Notes under the pieces: generated by a model
Told to the model about the DNA's origin: nothing
Databases searched by the model: none
The model's input: only the letters and a program-made list of their open reading frames with translations
Source of the DNA: an uncultured Chloroflexia bacterium
Lineage (GTDB): Bacteria > Chloroflexota > UBA6077 > JACCZL01
NCBI GenBank assembly: GCA_963765765.1
Contig: CAVXYC010000027.1
Location: 128,001-192,000 of the forward strand
Direction: 5' to 3'
DNA: 64,000 nt
Position numbers and translations under genes: made by a program
Part shown: positions 51,703 to 62,514 of the stretch, piece after piece
How positions within the stretch are numbered: the stretch's first letter is position 1
Layout: each line of letters opens with the position of its first letter

Positions 51703-51736
51703 GTCAGTAAACCTCTCTTGAACCTTTCCGAATCTA

Positions 51737-52966
51737 CTACCCCTGGTATGCCAGCTCGCCGTGCTGGCTACGGTCGAGGCCGAGTACCTCTTCTTCTTCA
51801 CCAACCCGTAGGCCGATGGTCGCGTCGATCACTTTCAGCAGGACAAACGTGACGCCGCCTGCGTAGACCCATGTGACCGCGACCGCCGCGATCTGGATGA
51901 AAAGCTGTCCAGGATTGCCGTAGAGCAGGCCGTCCACGCCAGCGGGATTCACGCTTGTGGTTGCGAATACGCCCGTGAGAATGGCGCCCAGCGTTCCGCC
52001 AACGCCGTGCACACCCCACACATCGAGCGAATCGTCAACACCCAGCTTGGACTTGAGCTCAACAGCAAGGAAGCAGACCACACCAGCGGCGAGGCCGATG
52101 ATGACCGCCGCCGCGGGAGTTACGAAGCCCGCTGCCGGCGTAATGGCCACCAGACCAGCCACCGCTCCGATGGCGGCGCCAATTGCGCTGGGACGACCTG
52201 TCCGCGCCCAGCTCATGGTCACCCACGTTACCGCGGCCATTGCCGCTGCGGTATTCGTGGCGACGAAGGCCGAGGCGGCCAGTCCGCCCGCCGTCAACGC
52301 AGAACCAGCGTTGAATCCGAACCAACCGAACCAGAGCAGCCCCGCGCCAAGGATCGTCATGGTGGAGTCATGCGCATCCATGCTGGCTTCGCCGAAGCCA
52401 ATGCGACGACCAAGGATCATGGCCGCGACAAGCGCAGACACGCCTGAGCTAACGTGCACCACGGTGCCACCAGCAAAGTCCAGGGCGCCCATCATTCGGA
52501 TCCAACCGCCGACGCCCCACACCCAGTGGGCAAGCGGGTCATAGACGAGAGTGGCCCAGAGGAGCGAGAAAATCGCGAAAGCCTTGAAGCGCTTGCGTTC
52601 GGCGAATGCACCCGTAATCAGAGCGGGTGTGATGACCGCGAAGGCCATCTGGAAAGCCATGAATGCAAGGTGCGGAACCGTTGCCGCGTAATCTGCATTT
52701 GGCTCCTGGCCTACACCGTTAAGACCAATCCAATCGAGACCGCCAATGACGCCGCCCACATCGGGGCCGAACGCCAGCGTGTAACCCCACAGGACCCACT
52801 GAACGCTAACAAGGCACAGTATGAAAAAGCTGTGCATGATCGTAGCGAGCACGTTCTTTTGTCGAACGAGGCCGCCATAGAAGAAACCGAGCGCTGGTGT
52901 CATGAGCACGACAAGTGCCGTCGACATCAGAAGCCAAGCCGTATCGCCCGAGTTTATCGCATCCAA
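51737..52966 (-). CDS. amtB: Ammonium transporter
   Basis: [52 protein letters not shown]; GGAGG RBS before TTG 52966. Confidence 0.95.
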   Translation of the reverse strand: MDAINSGDTAWLLMSTALVVLMTPALGFFYGGLVRQKNVLATIMHSFFILCLVSVQWVLWGYTLAFGPDVGGVIGGLDWIGLNGVGQEPNADYAATVPHLAFMAFQMAFAVITPALITGAFAERKRFKAFAIFSLLWATLVYDPLAHWVWGVGGWIRMMGALDFAGGTVVHVSSGVSALVAAMILGRRIGFGEASMDAHDSTMTILGAGLLWFGWFGFNAGSALTAGGLAASAFVATNTAAAMAAVTWVTMSWARTGRPSAIGAAIGAVAGLVAITPAAGFVTPAAAVIIGLAAGVVCFLAVELKSKLGVDDSLDVWGVHGVGGTLGAILTGVFATTSVNPAGVDGLLYGNPGQLFIQIAAVAVTWVYAGGVTFVLLKVIDATIGLRVGEEEEVLGLDRSQHGELAYQG

Positions 52967-53266
52967 CAGGATTCCCTCCGTCGCATTCTCTGGTTCGGCA
53001 CGGCTTCGTGCGCTCTGCCCATGGTCAGCGTTCTTGACCAAGAGCCAAGCACCAGATGTTGTTGCTAAGAGTAACGTTGGACCGAGGTTGGAGCCATCGT
53101 ACAAGTACGTGGAAAATGAATGGCCATCCTCTGTGCACACTGCACAAAGGCGGACCATTGTGTTCGATCTCGGGTTTCAGATGCTCGAGCCGTGGAGAGA
53201 GCTACGCCGAGCCGGGTTCGTCGAAGGTTTATCCAGAAGAGGCGCAGCTCATCTGGAAGACGAAAG

Positions 53267-54679
53267 CTATGAGCCGACAGCGAACGCGGCAAATGGATAA
53301 TCGCTGTTCTCCATTGCCTTCATAAGCCTTTCGGCAGAGATCGTCCGTGATGAACCGGGACCGCGGGAGTCAATAGGATCGTGATAGATGAACCGATCGC
53401 CAGCGTAGCCTGTAACGACCACGTAGTGATCGCCCCAGTAGTCGGACCCTTCGCGGCCGCTGAGAAATCGGTACATCACCTGCGGGATCACAGCGCGACC
53501 ATCACGTAGTTGGGCACGCATTTCCTCAGCGGACCAGCGGTGAAACCCGCTCTGCCCGCTCTCGAACAGCCCGAGCGTGCGTGCACCATGCTCATCTGCC
53601 ACCGCCGCAAGATGCTCGATGAACACGCCGCAGTCATCGCATCGATCGATATTCTGGTAGCTCAACGCCTCTGAACGGAGAACCGCAGGAGACGGCACCC
53701 CGGCGACCCGGCCCTGGAGCGCCATCCACAACACCGCCGGCCCACAGTTTGCTGCCTCATAGGATGAGCCGTCTAGCTGCGTCCGGTATGGCACTCGCAG
53801 CCATGCGTCGGGCTCCTGATCCCGCACCAGATCACGCGTCACGGAATACTCCGTGTATTCTGACGGATCGCGCGGTGTCGCCAGGACATCCTCACCATCG
53901 ATCCAGGCGTCCAGAGGTTCGCCATTGTCAGGACGAGCAGCCAGAAAGACGTGCGCCCAATCTCGGCCGGACGTCTCCCGGACCTCAAGATATGTCCTTG
54001 GCGGGATGGCGAGAGCCACAGGCGCCGATTCGGTGGGACTGGTTCGGAGTATTGCCGACGAGCGCGTGCGAACGAACTTCGGCCAGACGGCCTCAGCCGT
54101 GTCTGAGACGTCTAGCCACGCCTCGCCGGGCCGCTTGAGCTCCTCATCTCCGGAGTAAAACACGCGGAACCGATTGCCCTGACGATCGAGCACGCGGACA
54201 GTGGTGGCTTGAGGAATCTTTGTGAAATCAACGCCGCCATCTGCCGCCGACCACAATGCGGACTCTCGAGTGAGTCGGAGCCATCGAGGCAGCTCTCCAG
54301 TCAATCGCGGACGTGCCGGAGCAATGGCCGGCGGGTTGAGTGCGGGAGCCGACGCACCAGGCTGATGGGATACATCGGCTGGCGGCGATACTTCAGCGAG
54401 CGGGGATAGTTCAAGCGGCGGTAATACATCAGCTTGCGCGGATACTCCCACTTCCGCCGATATATTGGCATACGATTCTGGAATTGACTGTAGGTCTTGA
54501 GGACTTGCCGCGAAGGTCTGCGGTGTTTGATCCTCGTACGCATGGCCTGCAAAAGAGCCGTCATCTTGTTGCCAGGCTGCAAGACGTCCCGCTAATAGGA
54601 ACCCCGAGAGGACCGCAATCACGATAGTTATTGGTCCAACAAGCTGCCGCGGACGTATCGTCCGCCCTGTCCTATCCAT
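53267..54679 (-). CDS. Membrane-anchored C39-like cysteine peptidase with SH3-like repeats
   Basis: N-terminal TM, Pro-rich linker, VPYRTQLDG...NCGPA, HYVVVTGY, YHDP. Confidence 0.75.
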   Translation of the reverse strand: MDRTGRTIRPRQLVGPITIVIAVLSGFLLAGRLAAWQQDDGSFAGHAYEDQTPQTFAASPQDLQSIPESYANISAEVGVSAQADVLPPLELSPLAEVSPPADVSHQPGASAPALNPPAIAPARPRLTGELPRWLRLTRESALWSAADGGVDFTKIPQATTVRVLDRQGNRFRVFYSGDEELKRPGEAWLDVSDTAEAVWPKFVRTRSSAILRTSPTESAPVALAIPPRTYLEVRETSGRDWAHVFLAARPDNGEPLDAWIDGEDVLATPRDPSEYTEYSVTRDLVRDQEPDAWLRVPYRTQLDGSSYEAANCGPAVLWMALQGRVAGVPSPAVLRSEALSYQNIDRCDDCGVFIEHLAAVADEHGARTLGLFESGQSGFHRWSAEEMRAQLRDGRAVIPQVMYRFLSGREGSDYWGDHYVVVTGYAGDRFIYHDPIDSRGPGSSRTISAERLMKAMENSDYPFAAFAVGS

Positions 54680-54731
54680 AGACCGATTCTCGGTGTCCCG
54701 ATGCTCCTGTTCAAGTACGTATGTACGGGGG

Positions 54732-54762
54732 AAAAATCGCGCAGGCTGATTAGCCTGCGCGA
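54732..54762 (-). terminator. Intrinsic terminator
   Basis: TCGCGCAGGCT/AGCCTGCGCGA stem followed by TTTTT on the minus strand. Confidence 0.75.
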
Positions 54763-54785
54763 CTTGCCCACGCCTTGAGGTCCGA

Positions 54786-55025
54786 CTAGTTGCTGTTGTC
54801 GTCCGGCTCACTGATAGAATCAGCCCAGAAGAGCTTTTCATTCTCTTTGTAGCCGCTCACCTCAACATAGTCACGAACTTTCACGCCACTCTGCTTGATG
54901 AGGAACGGCGCGTCCTTACCGTAGAGCTTCACGGTGACAGGTCGGTCTATGTTGGCGAGAATGATCTCGTTCGGCTCGACCAGCGTACGCCGCGAGGGCC
55001 AACGCCAGGAGCGCAGACAGGCCAC
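54786..55025 (-). CDS. Small beta-rich hypothetical protein or fragment; 5' end unclear
   Basis: C-terminal ~65 aa look coding (VKVRDYVEVSGYKENEKLFWADSI); followed by a terminator. Confidence 0.4.
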   Translation of the reverse strand: MACLRSWRWPSRRTLVEPNEIILANIDRPVTVKLYGKDAPFLIKQSGVKVRDYVEVSGYKENEKLFWADSISEPDDNSN

Positions 55026-55420
55026 CGGACCTCGTCAACGACCGCTTCATCGATCCCTCCAATATGGACTGGTCGACTTCTTAAGCACTTCTGCCGCGTA
55101 ACCACCAGTCCATCTTCGGGTAGCCTACGCCCACCCAGAAAGTTGCGCATGCGTACTCTACCATTAACGGGCCCTGTGAGGAATAGTTGCTCCTCAGTCG
55201 CAATTGCTCAGAATCAGGGGCCGGTCATCGTAACGTGGAGCGCCACGAGACATGGAATTCGGGCATGTTCACTGCGCATGCGCCAGCTCGAGATCCAGGC
55301 ACAGGGGACGAGCCCAGTACTACAATCGGCCGCCCCTAATTCTGAGCTCTCATTCTAGTCTGGCATCACGACTTCGTGAGAGATGCGCGCCTCCTGAGAC
55401 CTGCAGAAACGTGCCGATCC

Positions 55421-57096
55421 CTACTCAATCGCGAAGATGATGGCGGTGCCATCTCGATAAACGATGCGCATCCCGGGGTCCGCCGCTGCAACATCGTAGA
55501 AGGAATAGTGATCGCGATCGGTGAGCACGATCTTGCTTCCGAACGTGTCGCGTATGAGGCTGGATGGCAGGTCAATTTGACCTCGCGTAATGGCGCGCCA
55601 GGTGAGGTAAAGGTCAGGCTGGTATTGGTACATGTACGTGGGGTCTAGACCGATTAGATACGTGTTGTGCGTGTTCTGATAAAAGAGCACCGGAAAGTCG
55701 TCCCAATCCGTAGTGAAGACGCGAGATCCGGCCGGCGTGTTGCCTCCAGCCACTGACCGGCCCCCGCGAACGTATCCGCGGATCGTGAGGCACGCGCCGA
55801 ATTCTGAGCAGAGGTAATGGTAGGCCGCAGCAACGCAACGGTCCCTGCCAGGAGCAGCACCCAGGCAAGAGCCCATAGCCCTGCCTGGACTGATCGTGGC
55901 ACGCGCGCTCGAATTCGCTCTCGAAGCACACTGGGAATTTGAAACGACCAGGCGAATGCGCAAAAAAGAACGGCGAACGCAGGTTGATACTCCACAAACC
56001 TACGTGAGCGGAGAAGCAGCACGGTAAAGAACGTGGCAAGGAGCGCCAGTGCGACAACTCGTCCATCCCAGCGTCGTTCGTACCGTAATGTTGCGATTAG
56101 CGGAATGAAACCAACCGCTACCGCGGCCAGAGAAGCGCCCGCGGCCCGTAGGAGCGCCGAGCGTTCGTACGGGTACCACTCATTACCCACGCCGACGATG
56201 AAGTCCCCGACCGGCACTAACTTGGGCAGCGCATGTTCGATGGCGAAGGTGAGGCTGCGCGGCGTGTAGGGATTAACGATCAAGCCAAGAATCACGCCAG
56301 CCGTCGCAAAGCCCAGGAGCGATAGATGCGGCAAGTTTCTTCGCACCAAATCTCGAATGGCCCCCCGTCCGGAGAAACTCACCTCACCGCGCACTGCGAC
56401 GGAGAGCCAGCGCAACGCCCGTCCATAGACCCCGTCATCCACCCAGCGTCCCAGCATGAGGAACGCAGCCACGATCATGAACAACAAAAACCCGTCGTAA
56501 ACCCACGAGAACACAAACCCCGTGAGGAGGGCGAATCGGTCACGCCGTGAGAAGGCGACTACGATAAGGGCAACAAACAGAATCAATACGATCGCCTGCC
56601 GGCGCGTCATGCTCAATCGATAGAGAAATGCCCCGGATACTCCTAATAGCAGTAGCAGCCAGAGAAGGCTCCAACGCACCCGCTGCCAGTACATCAGCCC
56701 GTAGACGACGAGCGCGGCGATACTTGCGAACGAGGCCGCGGCCAGCTTTGCGCCTAATCGCAGATCGAGAAGCGTGAACGGCTCCAGGAGAATATGGAAG
56801 AGTAAATGGTGATCGGTGAATTGGGCTGGATTCAAGATGGTCAACTGAAGCCACGGGAAATAAATCGGCGCCGGGATCACGTTCTGGCGCATGATCTCGG
56901 CGATTTTTATGTGGAAGTAGCCATCAACTCCCATGATGTTCGGTGTCGACCACTGGATCTCGCTGAAAATCAGCGCGACACACAGAATCGCGGGCGTCAT
57001 TTTGAGCCACGACTCTCTCTCGAGGAGCTCAGAAAGCCAGTCCAACAGGCTCGTAAAGGTTGCGGACTTGGATGTAGAAAGCTCGGATTCACTCAT
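55421..57096 (-). CDS. Multi-TM GT-C glycosyltransferase (STT3/ArnT-like), apparent frameshift near 55740
   Basis: GVDGYFHIK in the first loop, many TMs, RRFVEY, soluble C-terminal domain TPAGSRVFTTDWDDFP. Confidence 0.65.
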
Positions 57097-57221
57097 AGCA
57101 CTGTTGAGACGTGCGAGCCCGCATGGCTGAGGCCACAGCATCAAGGATACGGGATGTGCAATGGGCTATTCGCATGACTAGCGAAATACCGCGGACGGCC
57201 AGTTTAACAACGAGAGGGAAG

Positions 57222-57914
57222 ATGGATCCCGCGGTCATTCTCGCATCGCAGTCGCCTAGGCGCATGCTCCTTCTTCCAATTGTCTGCGGAGTTGTCGGTA
57301 CCGTTTCGCCCGATGTCGATGAGTCGCCTGCTCTGGGAGAGACGTCCGAGGAGCTGGCCCTTCGGCTGGCAAAAGCGAAACTTGATCGAGCTCGATCGAT
57401 GCTCGAAGTTAGCTTTGACAATGTGAGCATCGTGGCGGCAGACACGGTCGTGGCGCTCAAAGGAATACCGTTGGGCAAGCCAACGTGTGAGTCCGAAGCG
57501 CGCGACATGCTTACGAACCTCAGGGGACGATCACATACCGTCATCACGGCGGTGGCAATGGGCCAAGCTCGCTCAGAGTCTGTCACCGATGACCGAGTAG
57601 CCATCGTGGCCACTGAAGTTGAGATGCGTGAGCTCGACAACGAAGAGATCGAGCAGTACATCGCACGCGGCGAGCCGTTCGACAAGGCCGGCGGCTATGC
57701 AATCCAGGATGCTCAGCTTCGACCAGTCGAGGCCGTACGGGGCTGCTTTCCGAATGTTGTTGGGCTCCCACTCTGTGCCGTCCAGGCGATGCTCGAGAAT
57801 GATTCTGTCTCAGGCTCGTTTGCGCCAACCAATACACCATGCGAGCTATGTAGAGCCGCTTCCGAGGCACTGAACGAGCATGGATTCTGGGCCCTGTTGA
57901 GTAGTTGTCACTAG
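57222..57914 (+). CDS. maf: Maf-family nucleoside triphosphate pyrophosphatase
   Basis: ILASQSPRR, VAADTVV, LGKP, DKAGGYAIQ, NVVGLP. Confidence 0.92.
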   Translation: MDPAVILASQSPRRMLLLPIVCGVVGTVSPDVDESPALGETSEELALRLAKAKLDRARSMLEVSFDNVSIVAADTVVALKGIPLGKPTCESEARDMLTNLRGRSHTVITAVAMGQARSESVTDDRVAIVATEVEMRELDNEEIEQYIARGEPFDKAGGYAIQDAQLRPVEAVRGCFPNVVGLPLCAVQAMLENDSVSGSFAPTNTPCELCRAASEALNEHGFWALLSSCH

Positions 57915-58113
57915 CTGAAGCCTACCGCGCGACCCGACCGGAGATTGTGGCATTCATGGCAGTAAAGCGAAGGATGACACAGAGACCGGGGTTGCGTGAC
58001 GCGGTTCTTCATCGCTTGGGCAGCAAGAATCGCCCAACGAGCGCGAGTACGGTAACATACGGACAACCGAGCATGAGGCGGCAGCCGGCTTCCATGAAGC
58101 AGCCGAATTATTA

Positions 58114-60339
58114 CTATCGCGAGCGGCTGGTAGCGGTTGGCTGAGTGGCCGGAGCGTTGGTTGGCTTTGCTGGGGCCGGCGTGGGGTTCGCGGCAGCCGC
58201 AGTGGGGTTCGCGGCAGCCGCGGTTGGCTTGGCGGGCGCCGCGGTTGGCGCTGCAGTAGGAGCAACTGACTTAGGCGCGGCCGTAGGCTGCGCCGCTGGA
58301 GGCGCCGTAGGCTTTGCCGCCGAGGGCGCAGAGGTTGGCTGTGATGGTCTCGCGGTCGGTTGAGCCTGCGTTGTGGTTGCCGGTACGGCGGTACCCGATA
58401 CAGCGCTCGAGGCAGGCGCATTGACGCTTTCGGTGCGCGGCGCACTGGCCGGCGCACCGCCGGTGCCAACCATAATGACGTTCCTGGCAGGACGATACCG
58501 ACTCGTCATGCGAAGTGTCCGCTCATCACCGTCATTCGGGATAACACGGCGAACGACTGTCGAAGCAAACCCCGCCTGGGCGCCCTCAACGGCGATTCTC
58601 TGCCCCTTTGGCATTGAAGGCTCTTCTTGAATAAGTGTGCCCACCACCGGATCCACTACATCCGTTTTTGGGAGCGATTCGACTTTTACTGTCCAGGGGG
58701 GTGGTGTTCCGTAAAGCGCGAAATTTACATTCAGCGATGCATCGATCCACGACTGCACCAGCAGGTAATTCTGGGTCGTGTTGATGAATTTGAAATCCAG
58801 ACCCGAATCCTCGTCAACCGTGGCGTCCAAGCCAACGATGTTGCGCGACGTATAGGACGGAATCCAGTAGAGGTGCCAGTTACGCTCCTCAATCTGATAG
58901 CCAGCCCAAAACACGGACTGGAACAGGGTTGTCGCCACCTGGCAGATGCCACCTGCGACGGAAGGAACGGTCTTATGCCCGGTCGAGGACGCGGCAATTC
59001 CCCAACCTACCTGGTATCCCGCGTCAAGACTTGTGGAGCCGACTTCCTTGTTGAAGGAGAACATTTCTCCAGGGGGCACCACAACACCGTTCAAGCGCGA
59101 CGCCGCCAGCTGGATGTTGTGCTTCTTTGGTGGAAGGCCGCTGGCAAAGTTGGTGCGCGAGCTTTCGATGAGAGATGTGATACCCAGCTTCGCCTTGTCC
59201 TCGACACGGACAGCGGCAGGCGCGACGGACACCGGGAGGTTGAGCACCCGCTCAGGGCCGGTGAGCTGAGCGGTCAGCAGATCCATCGTAGCGGGCCGTT
59301 CTAACTTTTGACCGTCCTTGGACTCGCGCAACACGTCCAGCGCTCCACCGGCCCAGCTGAATCGCGCGTCCTGGGGCTCCTGGTCGATCTCAGCAGCGAT
59401 CTGCTCCGTAAGCTTTTCAATGGCCGCCCGGTCGGTGTCTACGCTGACTCGCCCGTCCGCGTCCGTATTCATCTTCAGTGTCTTGACAAGCGCGCGTGAA
59501 TCCAGCTGCCACTGCTGATTCCCAAAACGCAGCGTAAGCGGCGAGCTCAAAACCTGGACGGCTTTGTTGCTCGCATCCGCAATCTTTTCATCGCCAACAC
59601 GCGGTGCCACCTCATTAACAGCGAGCTCGACTGTCTGCGGGCCTGGATGCGAGAGCGCCTCATCGAGTCGCCGCCAGGTGGCGTCCACATCAAGCTCACG
59701 GCCGACTTGAGAGCCTTGCTGATCGATCGAGCCGTCCGGACGAAATTCCAGCCGGGCGTCCACGACTGATCGATTCACTTGACCAGCCAGCTCCTCCACG
59801 AAGACAAGTCCAGCAGCAGAATCGTAAAGAACTCCTGCCGAATCGAGATTGCGTCCAGTCCGCCAGAGCGACACCTGCTGGACGAGCTGCGAGAGAATAT
59901 TACCTTCACGTCCAAGTTCATAAGCCGATTCAACAAGCGGCCGAACGTCACGCTTAAGTCCGAATTCGCCTCCGCGACGTTGCCATTCTTGATCCTGGAA
60001 GCGAAGCTTGATCACGCGACTGTCGAACGAATCCAGCACCTCGCTCAATGATGCCTGAGCTTGTTCCGGAGTCTGCCCACCCAGATCCACGCCCATGACG
60101 CGCACGCCAGGAAATACTCGTCCGGCGTAGGCGATCTGGAATCCAACGAGGAGCACAATGAGCGCCCCAACAGCCACGATGGCATTGACGCCAATGAAGC
60201 GGCTAGGAGATGTAAGGACCGTTCGAACGCTCTCGACACTGGGAGAATTAAGCTGGAAATCGCGATTCAATCCCGGGCCCTTACACTGAGGACGTGACGC
60301 ATGTCGCGACGGAGCGCGCCACGCTCGCAGCACGACCAC
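58114..60339 (-). CDS. VanW-family protein with putative peptidoglycan-binding repeats and a Pro/Ala/Thr tail; true start probably later
   Basis: TM anchor, NIQLAASRLNGVVVPPGEMFSFN, GGICQVATTLF, GLDATV, DFKFIN. Confidence 0.85.
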   Translation of the reverse strand: MVVLRAWRAPSRHASRPQCKGPGLNRDFQLNSPSVESVRTVLTSPSRFIGVNAIVAVGALIVLLVGFQIAYAGRVFPGVRVMGVDLGGQTPEQAQASLSEVLDSFDSRVIKLRFQDQEWQRRGGEFGLKRDVRPLVESAYELGREGNILSQLVQQVSLWRTGRNLDSAGVLYDSAAGLVFVEELAGQVNRSVVDARLEFRPDGSIDQQGSQVGRELDVDATWRRLDEALSHPGPQTVELAVNEVAPRVGDEKIADASNKAVQVLSSPLTLRFGNQQWQLDSRALVKTLKMNTDADGRVSVDTDRAAIEKLTEQIAAEIDQEPQDARFSWAGGALDVLRESKDGQKLERPATMDLLTAQLTGPERVLNLPVSVAPAAVRVEDKAKLGITSLIESSRTNFASGLPPKKHNIQLAASRLNGVVVPPGEMFSFNKEVGSTSLDAGYQVGWGIAASSTGHKTVPSVAGGICQVATTLFQSVFWAGYQIEERNWHLYWIPSYTSRNIVGLDATVDEDSGLDFKFINTTQNYLLVQSWIDASLNVNFALYGTPPPWTVKVESLPKTDVVDPVVGTLIQEEPSMPKGQRIAVEGAQAGFASTVVRRVIPNDGDERTLRMTSRYRPARNVIMVGTGGAPASAPRTESVNAPASSAVSGTAVPATTTQAQPTARPSQPTSAPSAAKPTAPPAAQPTAAPKSVAPTAAPTAAPAKPTAAAANPTAAAANPTPAPAKPTNAPATQPTATSRSR
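58181..58222. repeat. 21-bp tandem duplication in the low-complexity VanW tail
   Basis: Two copies of GTGGGGTTCGCGGCAGCCGC(A/G), encoding AAAANPT units. Confidence 0.8.
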
Positions 60340-60421
60340 GATGGTACGAGGTTCGACGGAGCTTCGGCAATTTTCTTGACACCGAATTTATTGGGCGTTA
60401 TCGGGAGCTGGTATGACGCAT

Positions 60422-60790
60422 TCATCGCGATCGATCCCTCAGTATACGCACCGCGATGTCCCCAACCGGAGGCCCCGCAATTGGAGCATTCGGTTTATGG
60501 ACACAAACCTGAACGCTTGCCACGCTCGCGAACGCATTCAGCACTGATTCCGCGATTCTCCCGGCGAGTGTTTCGATGAGTCGAAATGGCTTGCCTTCCA
60601 CGATATCTCGCGCGCATTGAACCACTTGACCGTAGTCGACCCCGTGCTCCAGCTCATCGTGGTTCGATGCCGGCTGAAGATCCAGAAGAAGGACGAGATC
60701 CACGACAAATCGCTGGCCGAGCCGTTGCTCTTCCTCGTGAACACCGTGGTACCCGAAGCATTGAATGCCGCGGATCTCTATCGAGTCCAC
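60422..60790 (-). CDS. folB: Dihydroneopterin aldolase
   Basis: GYHGV..EE...GQRFVVD, VDY, LIETLA..IA, KPNAPI. Confidence 0.93.
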   Translation of the reverse strand: MDSIEIRGIQCFGYHGVHEEEQRLGQRFVVDLVLLLDLQPASNHDELEHGVDYGQVVQCARDIVEGKPFRLIETLAGRIAESVLNAFASVASVQVCVHKPNAPIAGPPVGDIAVRILRDRSR

Positions 60791-60998
60791 TAAGAGCTGC
60801 CTCGATAGATGTCCGCGTTCGATACCCAGATCAATTCCTTACTTCCTCGGCACATACTAGCTGCTTTGTCCGGACCCACTGTTGATGCGACATCGATCCA
60901 CACCATGCTCAGCGGCCTGCGCTTGACGCGCGCCAGCCCCCCGGAGATAGTAGTCACGGGTTCCCGAACGGAGCTGTTCTTGTTGGAGAATTCAACGC

Positions 60999-62435
60999 AT
61001 GCCTCTACGCACCACTGCTGAATATCGTGCGAGCCTTCAGGACGCACGTCGCGTCTTCTTTCGCGGACAGCGCGTGGACGACGTTACCACCCATCCTGCT
61101 ATGGCTGAAGCCGTAACCCATGCGGCTATCGATTTCGAAATGGCGGAGCAGCCGGAGTTCCGAGACCTGGCTGTCGTCGGCTCTGGACCTGATGAGTACA
61201 GTCGATACTTCCATCTCCCCACAACGGCAGATGACCTTCTGAAACGTAGCGCTCTCATCGAGTCAGCCACGCGAGAGGGACGAACGCTCGTGGTGCTGAT
61301 CAAGGAAATCGGCACCGACGCCTTGTTCGGACTGCACCTGGCTACCAAGGCGATGGATGATGCCATCGGCACCTCGTATCTCCATCGCGTCCAGAGCTTT
61401 TTAGACATGTGTCGAGAAAAAGACCTTGCCCTCGCGGTAGCTCAAACGGACGTCAAGGGCGACCGGTCGCGCTCGCCCTCAGATCAATCTCATCCAGACT
61501 ACTACGTTCGCATCGTGGAACGAAGGCCGGACGGAATCGTCGTCTCAGGTGCAAAGGTCCACACGTCGGTCTCGGTCAATTCCAATGAGCTCATCGTCTT
61601 GCCCACCCGCGCGATGAGCGAGCGAGATGCCGACTACGCGGTGGCATTCGCGGTAACGCCAGACACGCCAGGGGTCACCCTGATCGCTAGCCCCCACGGT
61701 ACGGGCCCGCGCGATGCGTTTGAGCGTCCACTCTCATCGGGTCGAAAAATGTTCGAGACACTCACGGTGTTCGAGAACGTTTTCGTCCCCAACGAGCGAG
61801 TCTTTCTCGCCGGGGAGTGGCAGTTCGCCGGGCCTGTAGCCGTGGATTTCGTGGAGTTCCACCGATTCACGGCAATTTCATACAAGCTCCCGCTAGTAGA
61901 CCTGCTGGTGGGCTCGGCGTTTCTGCTCGCCCAGTACAACGGGCTGACGCGCGTCAGTCACATTCGTGACAAGCTAGCGCGGCTGGTCGCATACGCAGAG
62001 ACACTGCGAGCGCTCACTCACGCCGCCGCGGCGCAATGCCATATGAAAGCGCCGGGCCTGGCCGTACCCGATCCGATGCTGGTGAACCTTGCCAAGCTGC
62101 ACTTCGCCAGCGGCTACCACCAGGCCGTGAGCTGGGCACAGGACATCGCCGGCGGCTTGCTCGTCACCGGTCCGGCGGCAGAAGACCTCAAGAGCCCCGA
62201 AACGCGCGGCTACATTGAGAAATACTTCGGCGCGGGCGAAGTTACGGCGGAGGCTCGACTTAGGGCCATGAATGTGCTGGCCGATCTCACGGCCTCAGAT
62301 TTTGGCGGCTACCAGGAGGTCCTCGCTGTGCATGCCGAGGGCTCGATCGAGGCGGAGAAGCTCACCGCGCTGCGGAACTACAATTCAAATGAAACCATGG
62401 CCTATGCGATGCGCATGGCTGGAATCGACGAGTAG
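60999..62435 (+). CDS. 4-hydroxyphenylacetate 3-hydroxylase / 4-hydroxybutyryl-CoA dehydratase family flavoprotein
   Basis: EYRASLQD, QTDVKGDRS..P, GIVVSGAKVH, FENVFVPNERVF, QDIAGG. Confidence 0.85.
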   Translation: MPLRTTAEYRASLQDARRVFFRGQRVDDVTTHPAMAEAVTHAAIDFEMAEQPEFRDLAVVGSGPDEYSRYFHLPTTADDLLKRSALIESATREGRTLVVLIKEIGTDALFGLHLATKAMDDAIGTSYLHRVQSFLDMCREKDLALAVAQTDVKGDRSRSPSDQSHPDYYVRIVERRPDGIVVSGAKVHTSVSVNSNELIVLPTRAMSERDADYAVAFAVTPDTPGVTLIASPHGTGPRDAFERPLSSGRKMFETLTVFENVFVPNERVFLAGEWQFAGPVAVDFVEFHRFTAISYKLPLVDLLVGSAFLLAQYNGLTRVSHIRDKLARLVAYAETLRALTHAAAAQCHMKAPGLAVPDPMLVNLAKLHFASGYHQAVSWAQDIAGGLLVTGPAAEDLKSPETRGYIEKYFGAGEVTAEARLRAMNVLADLTASDFGGYQEVLAVHAEGSIEAEKLTALRNYNSNETMAYAMRMAGIDE

Positions 62436-62514
62436 CGAGTTGACAGTGAGCTGTCATCATTCCACCGCGAGCCGTTAACTGCCGACTGTGAACGCTTAAT
62501 TGCTGGAGGTATCT

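Noticed and set aside
58140-58420. CRISPR-like or non-coding repeat array
   Set aside because: The repeats are in-frame Pro/Ala/Thr coding units of the VanW tail, with no spacers
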